Assembly: GCA_934168325.1 (NCBI GenBank) | Contig: CAKPNG010000003.1 | Location: 918-64,917 of the forward strand | DNA: 64,000 nt | Direction: 5' to 3' | DNA from: an uncultured Bacilli bacterium | GTDB taxonomy: Bacteria > Bacillota_I > Bacilli_A > RFN20 > CAG-826 | In this document: positions 54,125-63,808 of the stretch, piece by piece | Numbering within the stretch: the first letter of the stretch is position 1 | How the letters are laid out: each line of letters opens with the position of its first letter | Made by a program: the position numbers and the translations under genes | The notes under the pieces: generated by a model | Told to the model about the DNA's origin: nothing | The model's database searches: none | What the model saw: the letters and a program-made list of their open reading frames with translations, nothing else

Positions 54125-56059
54125 TTATAATTTAATATCTTTATCTAAGATTTGATTTTGATATATATCTAATTGAGAATCTATTTCTAATTCTTTAAAT
54201 TGATTCATATATAAAGAATAATAATATCCTTTTTTATTCATTAATTCTTTATGAGTGCCGTTTTCTATAATATAGCCATCTTTCATAACAAATATTGAAT
54301 CACAATTAACGATAGTAGATAATCTATGAGCAATCATAATAGAAGTTCTACCTTTAAGCATTTTATCTATAGATGATTGAATTTTAGCTTCTGTTTCAGT
54401 ATCGATAGAAGAAGTAGCTTCATCTAATATTAATATAGATGGATTTCTAATTAATGCTCTAGCAAAAGATATTAATTGTTTTTGTCCTAAAGATAATTCA
54501 CTACCTCCATCTTTTAAATAAGTATTATAGCCATCTTTTAAGTTAGATATAAATTCATCAATATCTAATAATTTACAGATTGAAATTGTTTCTTCTTTAG
54601 TAGCGTTATGATTTCCATATCTTATATTATCTAAAATAGTTCCTTTAAAAATAAATGGAGTTTGTTGAACATACCCTATATTAGATCTAAGCCAACCAAC
54701 GGATCTTGCTTTATAATCTAAACCATCTATTAAAATAGTTCCTTTAGTAGGCTCATAAAATCTACATAATAAATTGACAGTTGTAGATTTACCACTTCCT
54801 GTTTCTCCAACAAAAGCAACACTAGTTCCTTCTTTAATAGTTAAATTTAAATCATGAATAATTTCAGTATCTTTATTATAAGAGAAGTAGATGTGACTAA
54901 ATTCAATATCACCTTTAATTTTTTCAAAATTTTCTACTTTATTATTAAAAATATCTCCATATTTTTCTATTACTTCAGGAGTGTCAACTAATTCTGGTTT
55001 AGTATCAAGTAAAGAAAACATTTTTTCAACGTTAGCTTGAGCATTCATTAATTCAGAAAATAGTTCACTAAGTTGTTTTAATGGATCATAAATTTGATTA
55101 ACAAATCCAATAAATTAAACTAAAGTAGCAGTATTAAAAGTAGTTTCTTTATTAGCTCCAAATATAGGGAATAAGATAATAATTAAAGCAGAAGTTAATG
55201 AACTAATAATAGAAATTATAGGATAAAAACTAGCACCAACTTTCATTGATTTACGTCTTTTAACCATGACATCATTCGTAATTTCTTTACTTTCTTCAAA
55301 TATTGTTTCTTCAATTGCTAAAGTCTTAATTGTTTGAGATCCATTAATACATTCACTAAGCCATCTAGCAAAATCACTATAAGCATTTCTAGCAATTCTA
55401 CTGGCTTTTAGAATGATTTTTTCAAAAAAGACGATGATAATGAAAACAAAAGGGGTAGTAGCTAAGATGATTAAAGATAGCTCCCAATTGATTGTAAACA
55501 TTGTAATAAGAGTAAAAAGTAATGCTAAAATAATCCAAAAAACATTGATCAAACTATTACCAACTATATCGCCAATATTACTAGCATCATTTTGTAATCT
55601 AGATATAAGCCAACCGCTAGGAGTCTTATCATAATAATTAAATGAAAGTTCTTGAATTTTCTTAAAAGCATCAGTTCTTAAACTAGTCATAATCTTCATA
55701 GCAAAGTAATTAGAAAAATAGAAAACTATAAAAATTCCAACACTTCTAATAAGAATCATAATTATATAAATTATGATGTAATTTAAGAAAGTTAAAGTAA
55801 AATTAAAACCTAAAATTTTTAGATTTAAATTAACTTTAAAAATGTCAGTATAAAAATTTAAATCGGTTTTACTAGCATTAATTAAAGCGGCATTCATACT
55901 AGGAACAAAACTAGAATCATAAAAAGAAACTGCCATTAGCCAAAAGATAAGTAAAATAATAAGAGGCCATAAAGGAAGTAAATATTTAAATACTTTTAAC
56001 CAAACTCTTAAATCTATTTTTTTATTTGTAGTTACATCTTTATATACATTCGTTGACAT
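54125..56059 (-). pseudogene. ABC exporter (fused TMD-NBD, type I) interrupted by a single in-frame TAA at 55115-55117
   Basis: The track splits it into 55115-56059 (TMD) and 54125-55048 (NBD: GETGSGKST, LSLGQKQLISFARAL, ILILDEATSSID). The 66 nt between them read in frame as FIGFVNQIYDPLKQLSELFSEL, which is the conserved TMD-NBD linker. There is no RBS before the internal Met. Confidence 0.7.
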
Positions 56060-56062
56060 AAT

Positions 56063-57886
56063 TTACACCATCTTTGTTTGAATATCATAGATCTTTTTAT
56101 ATAGACCATCTTTTGAAACTAATTCTTTATGATTACCAGACTCAATAATTTTACCTTCATCTAAAACAATAATTAAATCAGCATCTTTAGCAGTAGAAAT
56201 ACGATGCGTAATAATTAAAGTAGTAGCTTCTTTTTCATATTCCTTTAATGATTTTCTAATTTGAAAATCAGTTTCAGTATCAACAGCACTTAAAGAATCA
56301 TCAAATATCAATATTGGAGTTTTCTTTAATAAAGCTCTAGCAATAGCTAGACGTTGCTTTTGACCACCACTTAAAGTAGTTCCTTTTTCTCCAACAGGAG
56401 TATCATAACCATCTTTAAATTTATTAATAGAATCATCAATATGAGAAATTCTTGTAACACTTCTAACTTCTTCAAAATCAGTATCTTTATTAGTAATAGT
56501 GATATTTTCTTTAATAGTTTTAGAAAATAAGAAAGGTTCTTGTAAAACTATTGAAATATTATTTCTTAAACAATTCTTTTGAATATTTTTTAATTCAACT
56601 CCATCGATAGTAATAGAACCAGAACTATAATCAAATAATCTAGTAAGTAAATAAACTAAAGTAGATTTACCACTCCCAGTTTTACCCATAATCGCAATTG
56701 TTTGACCTTTATTTATCTTAAAAGATATATTTTTTAAAGTATCAATATTACTATCTTCATAATTAAAAGATACATTATTAAATTTTATATTACCTTTAAT
56801 ATCAATAATTTCACCACTATCAATATCTTCTAAAGGATAATCTAATAAGATATTAATTCTATCTAAACTAGCACTAGCTTGAGCTAAATTACTTAAAACA
56901 GTAGCAACATCTCTAATAGGCCAAACCATCATAGAAACAAAACTAAAACTAATAACTAAAGTACCAACACTAATTTGTTTAGTAAATATAAGATAAAATC
57001 CAAATATTGTAGTTAAAGCTATTTGACTAAAAACAAATATATCACTACTAGCAAAAAAGAAAGCAGATAGCCTTCTCCAACTTAAATATTTTCCTTTATA
57101 ATCATTTATATATTTATTAAAATCATTAACTTCATAAGCTTCATTATTAAAAGCTTTAACTAGTCTAACACTAGCTAAATTTTCTTCAATTTTACCAGTC
57201 ATTTGAGATTCAGAATCATCAGTAATACGATATCTTTTTCTAACGTCTTTTATAATAAAGAAACTATAAATAAACATAAAAGGCATTAAACACATTGAAA
57301 TAAGTGCTATTTTATAATTGGTTATACATAAAATAGTAAAAGATATAGCAACTATAAAGAATGTATAAACAATTAAAGATATATTAAAACCAAAGAATCT
57401 TTTTAAAACATCTTCATCTCTAGTACAAGTTTGAATAATATCACCTTTATTTAAAGATTTAATTGTAGAAAATGGTAATCTTTCAATATGATAGAAAAGA
57501 AGTTGTTGCATATTTTTACTCATTCTTGCCATAAAATCACTTCTTTGAAAGAATCTTATTAAAGATATTATTCCACCAATAATAGCAAATCCTAAAATAA
57601 TAACTGCAAACATATATAGATGAGTAGATAAAAACTTAATTCCACCAAATGAATTAATAAATAATTTTTCTAATATATCAATATCATTTAAATCTGTTAA
57701 TAAGATCTCTTTATTAAAAGATAAATTTAATCTACCTTGGGCTTCTAATATATCAACTAATACTTTAGTAGCATAAGTTGATAAAAGCATAAATAAAACA
57801 CTAAAAAACATTAAGATAAAATAAGTAATATATTCAATTTTACAATCTTTAATTAATAGATTTAAAGCCTTAACCATTTTCTTCAT
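56063..57886 (-). CDS. ABC exporter (fused TMD-NBD), probable heterodimer partner
   Basis: It has six N-terminal helices. The NBD has GKTGSGKSTLV, LSGGQKQRLAIARAL, ILIFDDSLSAVD and ITHR. The downstream partner gene starts 4 nt after its stop codon (stop 56063-56065, partner start codon 56057-56059). Confidence 0.85.
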   Translation of the reverse strand: MKKMVKALNLLIKDCKIEYITYFILMFFSVLFMLLSTYATKVLVDILEAQGRLNLSFNKEILLTDLNDIDILEKLFINSFGGIKFLSTHLYMFAVIILGFAIIGGIISLIRFFQRSDFMARMSKNMQQLLFYHIERLPFSTIKSLNKGDIIQTCTRDEDVLKRFFGFNISLIVYTFFIVAISFTILCITNYKIALISMCLMPFMFIYSFFIIKDVRKRYRITDDSESQMTGKIEENLASVRLVKAFNNEAYEVNDFNKYINDYKGKYLSWRRLSAFFFASSDIFVFSQIALTTIFGFYLIFTKQISVGTLVISFSFVSMMVWPIRDVATVLSNLAQASASLDRINILLDYPLEDIDSGEIIDIKGNIKFNNVSFNYEDSNIDTLKNISFKINKGQTIAIMGKTGSGKSTLVYLLTRLFDYSSGSITIDGVELKNIQKNCLRNNISIVLQEPFLFSKTIKENITITNKDTDFEEVRSVTRISHIDDSINKFKDGYDTPVGEKGTTLSGGQKQRLAIARALLKKTPILIFDDSLSAVDTETDFQIRKSLKEYEKEATTLIITHRISTAKDADLIIVLDEGKIIESGNHKELVSKDGLYKKIYDIQTKMV

Positions 57887-58024
57887 ATAGCCCCCATTCT
57901 ATTTGATATTTTACTTATTGTAAAGAGGGATAAATCTTTTCTAATTTTTTTTATTGTTTTTAAGTAAAAAGTCTACTAAATAAGGATATTTTTTTTAGAA
58001 TTATATTATATAAATTATCTTTAA

Positions 58025-58054
58025 TTGACAATTTTTATATATAAAAATTATATT
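58025..58054 (+). promoter_or_regulatory. Candidate promoter of the hydrogenase operon
   Basis: TTGACA (58025-58030), an 18-nt spacer and TATATT (58049-58054). AT-rich context makes chance matches likely. Confidence 0.3.
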
Positions 58055-58139
58055 ATATAAAATCTTATCCATGGTTAACTTACATTTTTCTTTTGTTATT
58101 TGAAAGGGGTTACATTATAATCTAAAAGATAGGAGAAAT

Positions 58140-58634
58140 ATGAATATGCATTTAAGAAAAGAAGCAGTAGATATTATAACAAATATTTGTGCAAAGTATA
58201 AAAACGAACCATCTCCATTGATGTTAGTTTTATCTGAAACACAAAAAGAATATGGTTATATACCTTTAGAAGTTCAAGAGATTATCTCTAGTGAACTAGA
58301 TATACCAGTTAGTGAAATCTATGGTGTTGTTACTTTCTATTCATTTTTTAGTTTGACACCAAAAGGTAGATTTGTTATTGGAGTTTGTTTAGGAACAGCC
58401 TGTTACGTTAAAGGTGGTCAAAATATATTAGACAAATTCTCAGAATTATTAAAAATTAAGCCAGGTCAAACAACTGAAGATGGATTATTTACTCTTGATG
58501 CTCTTAGATGTATTGGAGCATGTGGAATTGCTCCAGCTATTTCAATTAATGGTAAAGTTTATCCTAAAGTTACCCTTTCTGGTGTAAAAAAGATAATCGA
58601 CGAATATCGTGAATTAGATAAGAAAGGAGCATAA
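58140..58634 (+). CDS. NuoE-like [2Fe-2S] subunit of a bifurcating-type [FeFe]-hydrogenase (HydC/HndA)
   Basis: It has an AGGAG RBS. The thioredoxin-like 2Fe-2S motif is VCLGTACYVKGG...LRCIGACGIAPA. The alternative ATG at 58146 has better RBS spacing. Confidence 0.8.
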   Translation: MNMHLRKEAVDIITNICAKYKNEPSPLMLVLSETQKEYGYIPLEVQEIISSELDIPVSEIYGVVTFYSFFSLTPKGRFVIGVCLGTACYVKGGQNILDKFSELLKIKPGQTTEDGLFTLDALRCIGACGIAPAISINGKVYPKVTLSGVKKIIDEYRELDKKGA

Positions 58635-58635
58635 G

Positions 58636-60513
58636 ATGGCTATTAAGAAATTTAAAACTGAAACTGAATTAGTTAGTGAACTTAAATCTTGTTCTAAATG
58701 TTTACAATCTAAATTCGATGGAAAAGATGGAAAAAGACATATCGTTGTTTGTGGTGGTACTGGATGTTTATCAAGTGATTCTCAAGCAATTATTGATAAA
58801 TTAAAAGCACTTATTAAAGAAAAGAAACTCGAAGATAAAGTAACAGTTAATGTTGTTGGTTGCTTTGGATTCTGTTCTCAAGGTCCTTTCGTTAAAATTT
58901 ATCCTGAAGATAGACTTTATCACGCTGTTAAAGTATCAGATTGTGAAAAAATTATTGAAGAAGATATTATTAATGGTAAATGTATTGAAGAATTATTATA
59001 TTTAGATCCTATAGTTAATAAAAAAGTCGAAAGACAAGATGATATTACTTTCTATAAAAAACAATTACGTATTGCATTACATGGTTGTGGAACTATTAAT
59101 CCTGAAGATTTAAAAGAAGCTTTTGGATATGATGCTTTTGTTGGATTAATTAATGCATTACATATGGATAGAAAAGAAGTTATCCAAGAAATGATTGATT
59201 CTGGATTAAGAGGCCGTGGAGGCGGTGGATTCTTAACTGGTAAAAAATGGAATTTTGCTTATTTACAAGAAAATGATACAAAATACGTCGTTTGTAATGG
59301 TGATGAAGGCGATCCAGGTGCATTCATGGATAGATCAATCTTAGAAGGTAACCCAGTATCAGTTATTGAAGGTATGATGATTGCAGGTTATGCAATTGGA
59401 GCAGAAAACGGATATTTCTATATTCGTGCTGAATATCCTATCGCTGTTAATAGACTTGCTAAAGCAATCGAAGAACTTCGTGCAGTTGGTTTACTTGGTA
59501 AAAATATTTTAGGAAGTAATTTTAATTTTGATTGTCATATTAGATATGGAGCTGGTGCTTTTGTTTGTGGTGAAGAAACAGCTTTATTAAATTCAATTGA
59601 AGGTAAAAGAGGTATGCCTAGACCTCGTCCACCATTCCCAGCAATTAAAGGTTTATGGGGTAAACCTACAATTATAAATAACGTTGAAACATTAGCTAAT
59701 GTTCCTTATATATTAAGAGTAGGTGCTAAAGAATTTAAAAAGATTGGTACAAAAAATTCGACTGGAACGAAGGTTTTTGCTTTAGGTGGTAAAGTTAAAA
59801 ATGTTGGTTTAGTTGAAGTACCTATGGGAACTACTTTACGTGAACTTGTTTTTGATATTGGTGGAGGAATTCCTAATAATAAAAGATTCCAAGCTATTCA
59901 AACTGGTGGACCAAGTGGAGGATGTTTAACATTAAGTGAACTTGATACACCGATTGATTTTGATAATCTTATTGAAAAAGGTTCAATGATGGGAAGTGGT
60001 GGCGCTATCGTTATGGATGAAGATAACTGTATGGTTGATGTCGCTAAATTCTATCTTGAATTTATTTGTGATGAATCTTGTGGTAAATGTTCTCAATGTA
60101 GAATTGGTACTAAAAGATTATTAGAAATCATTACTAGAATTACTGATGGTAAAGGAACTATGGAAGATATTGAAAAACTTGAAACATTAGCTCATTCAAT
60201 TCAAGTAGGATCTCTTTGCGGTTTAGGTCAAACAGCACCTAACCCAGTATTATCAACATTACATAAATTTAAAGAAGTTTATCTTAGACATATTAATGAT
60301 AAAAAATGTGATGCTGGTGTTTGTAAGAATTTAATTTCATACCATATTGATCCTGAAAAATGTAAAAAATGTTCTTTATGCGCTAGAAATTGTCCACCTA
60401 ATGCTATTAGTGGTGTTGTTGGTAAAGAACCATTTGTTATTGATCAAAATAAATGTATTAAATGTGGTACTTGTATAAGTGCATGTAAATTTAATGCTAT
60501 ATATAAAGAATAA
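58636..60513 (+). CDS. NuoF-like flavoprotein subunit (HydB/HndC): N-terminal 2Fe-2S domain, FMN/NAD(P)H site, N3-type 4Fe-4S, two ferredoxin-type clusters
   Basis: It has GLRGRGGGGF (FMN site), CNGDEGDPGAF (NADH site), ESCGKCSQCRIG, and the C-terminal CKKCSLCARNCP / CIKCGTCISACK clusters. Confidence 0.85.
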   Translation: MAIKKFKTETELVSELKSCSKCLQSKFDGKDGKRHIVVCGGTGCLSSDSQAIIDKLKALIKEKKLEDKVTVNVVGCFGFCSQGPFVKIYPEDRLYHAVKVSDCEKIIEEDIINGKCIEELLYLDPIVNKKVERQDDITFYKKQLRIALHGCGTINPEDLKEAFGYDAFVGLINALHMDRKEVIQEMIDSGLRGRGGGGFLTGKKWNFAYLQENDTKYVVCNGDEGDPGAFMDRSILEGNPVSVIEGMMIAGYAIGAENGYFYIRAEYPIAVNRLAKAIEELRAVGLLGKNILGSNFNFDCHIRYGAGAFVCGEETALLNSIEGKRGMPRPRPPFPAIKGLWGKPTIINNVETLANVPYILRVGAKEFKKIGTKNSTGTKVFALGGKVKNVGLVEVPMGTTLRELVFDIGGGIPNNKRFQAIQTGGPSGGCLTLSELDTPIDFDNLIEKGSMMGSGGAIVMDEDNCMVDVAKFYLEFICDESCGKCSQCRIGTKRLLEIITRITDGKGTMEDIEKLETLAHSIQVGSLCGLGQTAPNPVLSTLHKFKEVYLRHINDKKCDAGVCKNLISYHIDPEKCKKCSLCARNCPPNAISGVVGKEPFVIDQNKCIKCGTCISACKFNAIYKE

Positions 60514-60523
60514 GGAGACTAAT

Positions 60524-62305
60524 ATGGGAAAAATTACTGTTTATTTTGAAAACAAACCTTATTTAGTAGATGATAATTTAACTATATTAGAGGCTGCTAA
60601 AATTTGTGGATATAACATTCCTAATTTATGTACATGGAAAAAAGGAATGTGCTCTGTTGCTAGTTGTAGAGTATGTTTAGTTAAAGTAGAAGGAGAAAGA
60701 AGACTTGTTCCATCTTGTGCTTATCCTGTTAGAGATGGCTTAAAAGTATTTATTAGTGATCCTGATGCAGTTGTAGCTAGAAGAACTAGTGTTGAATTAC
60801 TTTTATCAAATCACTCTTTATCATGTCAAACATGTAGAAAAAACGGTAAATGTGAATTACTTGAAGTTTCTAAAAGAGTTGGAGCTGAACCTGATAAATA
60901 TTTAGGTGAAAAAACTAAAACTACATATGATGATGTCGCTCCAGGACTTATTAGAGATACTTCAAAATGTATTTTATGTGGTAGATGTATTTCAGCTTGT
61001 AAAGAAATTCAAGGTATTGGAATTCTTGGATTTGAAAAAAGAGGTTTCAATACTTTTGTTGGACCAAGTGAAAATAGATCATTTAATAATGTTCCATGTA
61101 TTCAATGTGGTCAATGTACATTAGTTTGTCCAACTGGAGCTTTAATGGAACATTCTGAAATTGATAAATTAGATAAAGCTTTCCAAGAAGGAAAATATGT
61201 TATAGTTCAAACTGCTCCTGCAGTTAGAGCAACTTTAGGTGAAGAATTTGGTGATAAAATTGGTACTAATTCCGAAGGAAAAATGGTTGCTGCTTTAAGA
61301 AGACTTGGATTTTACAAGGTTTTTGATACAAATTTTGGAGCTGATTTAACTATTACTGAAGAAGCTAATGAATTTGTTCAAAGAGTTATTACTCATCAAC
61401 CAATGCCTATGATTACATCATGTTCTCCAGGTTGGATTAATTATATTGAATATTATTATCCTGAACTTTTATCTCATTTATCAAGTTGTAAATCACCTCA
61501 TGAAATGATGGGAGCAATTATTAAATCATATTATGCAGAAAAGAAAAATATTGATAGAAGTAAGATTACTGTCGTATCAATTATGCCTTGTACTGCTAAA
61601 AAATATGAAAAAGAAAGAGAAGCTAATTCAGTTGATGGAATTAAAGATGTCGATATAGTTTTAACTACTAGAGAATTAGCAGCTTTAATTAGAAGAAGTG
61701 GTATTATTTGGAATAAATTACCTAATGAAAAATTTGATGATGATTTAATTGGTGAATCTAGTGGTGCTGCTGATATTTTTGGTGCTAGTGGTGGAGTTAT
61801 GGAAGCTGCAGTTAGAACTGCTTATAATATCTTAACTAGTGAAGAAATGGAACCAATTGATTTTACTCCTGTTAGAGGACTTGAGGGTATAAAAGAAGCT
61901 GAAATTTCTATTTTAGGAGCAAAATATCATTTAGCAGTTTGTAGTGGTATGAAAAATGCTAAAGTTTTATTAGAAAAGATTAAACATCATGAAAATAAAT
62001 ATGATTTCATTGAAGTAATGGGATGTCCTGGTGGATGTGTTAATGGTGGTGGTCAACCTTATGTCTATCCAGTATTCTTAGAAAATGAAGATGATAATAT
62101 CTTAGATACTTATGTTAGTAAAAGAGCTGCTGTTTTATATAATTTAGATAAAGCTAAAGAAGTAAGAAGATCTCATTTAAATAAAGATATTATTACTTTA
62201 TATAAAACTTATTTAGGAGAATATGGTTCACCTTTAGCTCATAAATTATTACATACTCATTATAATGCTCATCGTGAAAGATATCCTGATTTAAATAATA
62301 AATAA
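60524..62305 (+). CDS. hydA: [FeFe]-hydrogenase catalytic subunit, M3-type with accessory clusters
   Basis: It has an AAGGAG RBS, and the ATG at 60524 is in frame with the track ORF. It has an N-terminal 2Fe-2S domain, a His-ligated cluster (HSLSCQTCRKNGKCEL) and two 4Fe-4S clusters (CILCGRCISAC, CIQCGQCTLVCP). The H-cluster motifs are L2 MPCTAKKYE, L3 EVMGCPGGCVNGGGQP and an atypical L1 TSCSPGW. Confidence 0.9.
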   Translation: MGKITVYFENKPYLVDDNLTILEAAKICGYNIPNLCTWKKGMCSVASCRVCLVKVEGERRLVPSCAYPVRDGLKVFISDPDAVVARRTSVELLLSNHSLSCQTCRKNGKCELLEVSKRVGAEPDKYLGEKTKTTYDDVAPGLIRDTSKCILCGRCISACKEIQGIGILGFEKRGFNTFVGPSENRSFNNVPCIQCGQCTLVCPTGALMEHSEIDKLDKAFQEGKYVIVQTAPAVRATLGEEFGDKIGTNSEGKMVAALRRLGFYKVFDTNFGADLTITEEANEFVQRVITHQPMPMITSCSPGWINYIEYYYPELLSHLSSCKSPHEMMGAIIKSYYAEKKNIDRSKITVVSIMPCTAKKYEKEREANSVDGIKDVDIVLTTRELAALIRRSGIIWNKLPNEKFDDDLIGESSGAADIFGASGGVMEAAVRTAYNILTSEEMEPIDFTPVRGLEGIKEAEISILGAKYHLAVCSGMKNAKVLLEKIKHHENKYDFIEVMGCPGGCVNGGGQPYVYPVFLENEDDNILDTYVSKRAAVLYNLDKAKEVRRSHLNKDIITLYKTYLGEYGSPLAHKLLHTHYNAHRERYPDLNNK

Positions 62306-62334
62306 TATTTATATATTTAATTAATTAGAATTAT

Positions 62335-62370
62335 AAAAATCGTAATTAGATTAAATAATTACGATTTTTT
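62335..62370 (+). terminator. Rho-independent terminator of the hydrogenase operon
   Basis: AAAAATCGTAATTA-gattaaa-TAATTACGATTTTT forms the hairpin, and the T run ends at 62370. Confidence 0.8.
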
Positions 62371-62597
62371 ATGTTGATTAGTAGTTTTTATTAATTAAAT
62401 ATAAGTATAAGAAGAGTTTCTAGAAAGAATTAATGCGTAAATACGCAAAAATTTTTAGTATCTAATTTATTTTTTAGTTATTCTATCGAACACTTTTGCT
62501 AATTTTAGTAAAAGTGTCTCATTGCACGAAACAATATTGTTGGTTTTTGATAAAGTGTATCGCAAACTTAAGTTAATTAATATATTGAGGTGATTTT

Positions 62598-63778
62598 ATG
62601 ATAATTAGAGAAAAATACTTAAAAATGATTAGAGGCTTTTATGATAGTGATTTAGTAAAAGTTATTACTGGTGTTAGAAGATGTGGAAAATCTGTAATTT
62701 TAGAAACAATAATTAATGAAATTAAAGAAAAAACAGATAATGTTATATATTTAAATTTTGAAAAAACAAGTGATTTTTCAAAAGCTAGTAATGTAAATGA
62801 ACTAATTAATTATGTTAAAAGTAATAGAAAAGAAGGAAAATGCTATTGTTTCTTTGATGAAATTCAAGAGATTGATAATTGGCAAGTTGCAGTTAAAGAC
62901 TTAAGACTAGATAATTGCTCAGTTTTTGTTACTAGTTCAAATTCAAAGTTATTATCTAGTGAATTTCTAACTTTATTAAGTGGTCGATTTGTTTCTTTTA
63001 GAATTAGACCTTTTGTATATAAAGAAATAAAAGAATATTCTAAAGAACTTAATATCGATATTGATATAGCTAATTATTTAGTATGGGGTGGATTTCCTGG
63101 TAGATTTATAAATACTACAATTGATGAAACTAAAACATATTTAACTGATTTAGAAAATACAATAGTTATTAATGATTTAATTAAAAGATATAAGATTAAA
63201 AAAGAAGTAGCTTTTAAAAGATTACTAACTATATTTTGTGTAGTAATTCTAGAATTTTCTCAATTAGATCGATATATAAATATATGAAAAATGATTTTCC
63301 TGATGTTTCTTTATCTACAATTTCTAGATTCATCGAATATTTAAAAGAAGCTTATATAATTGATGAAATTCCTCAATATTCAACTAAAACAAAAAGAGAA
63401 TTAAAATATTATGGAAAAATATATGATAGTAATGTATGTTTTTCTTCTTTAAGAGCAAATAATAATCGATATGATTTAGATCATAATCTTGAAAATATTG
63501 TATATAATGAACTTCTTTATATGGAATATGATTTAAAAGCATTCGATAATAATGGTAAAGAAATAGATTTTATAGCTTCAAAAGATAATAAAACATATTT
63601 TATTCAAGTAGCTTATAGCGTAGCAAATGAATTAGCTTATGAAAGAGAAATGAGTGCTTTTGATAAGTTAGATAATCGAAGTCAAAAAATATTAATTACA
63701 AATGATATTATTGACTATTCAACTTCAGTTATTAGACATATTAAATTAATAGATTTTTTAATGATGGAAGATTTATAA
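62598..63778 (+). pseudogene. AAA_14/DUF4143-type ATPase disrupted by a 1-nt frameshift near 63227
   Basis: It has a GAGGTG RBS and the Walker A-like GVRRCGKSV. The track ORFs 62598-63287 and 63236-63778 overlap in different frames. Joining ...AFKRLL with NYILCSNSRIFSIRSIYKYMK... restores one ~393-aa protein of the usual length for this family. Confidence 0.65.
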
Positions 63779-63808
63779 AAAATATATAAAAGAAATAGAA
63801 GAATTTAA

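Noticed and set aside
55115-55117. Stop-codon reassignment or programmed readthrough as an explanation for the in-frame TAA
   Set aside because: TAA terminates most well-supported genes in the window, and TAG and TGA are also used as stops. I saw no readthrough-promoting structure downstream. Mutation or sequencing error is simpler.
62536-62547. The perfect 12-bp palindrome AACAATATTGTT, and the TTTCTAGAAA palindrome and hairpins at 62440-62520, as regulatory sites or a small RNA
   Set aside because: They are short A/T-dominated palindromes, expected frequently by chance at this base composition. They have no T tract for termination and no second copy or conserved context visible in the window.
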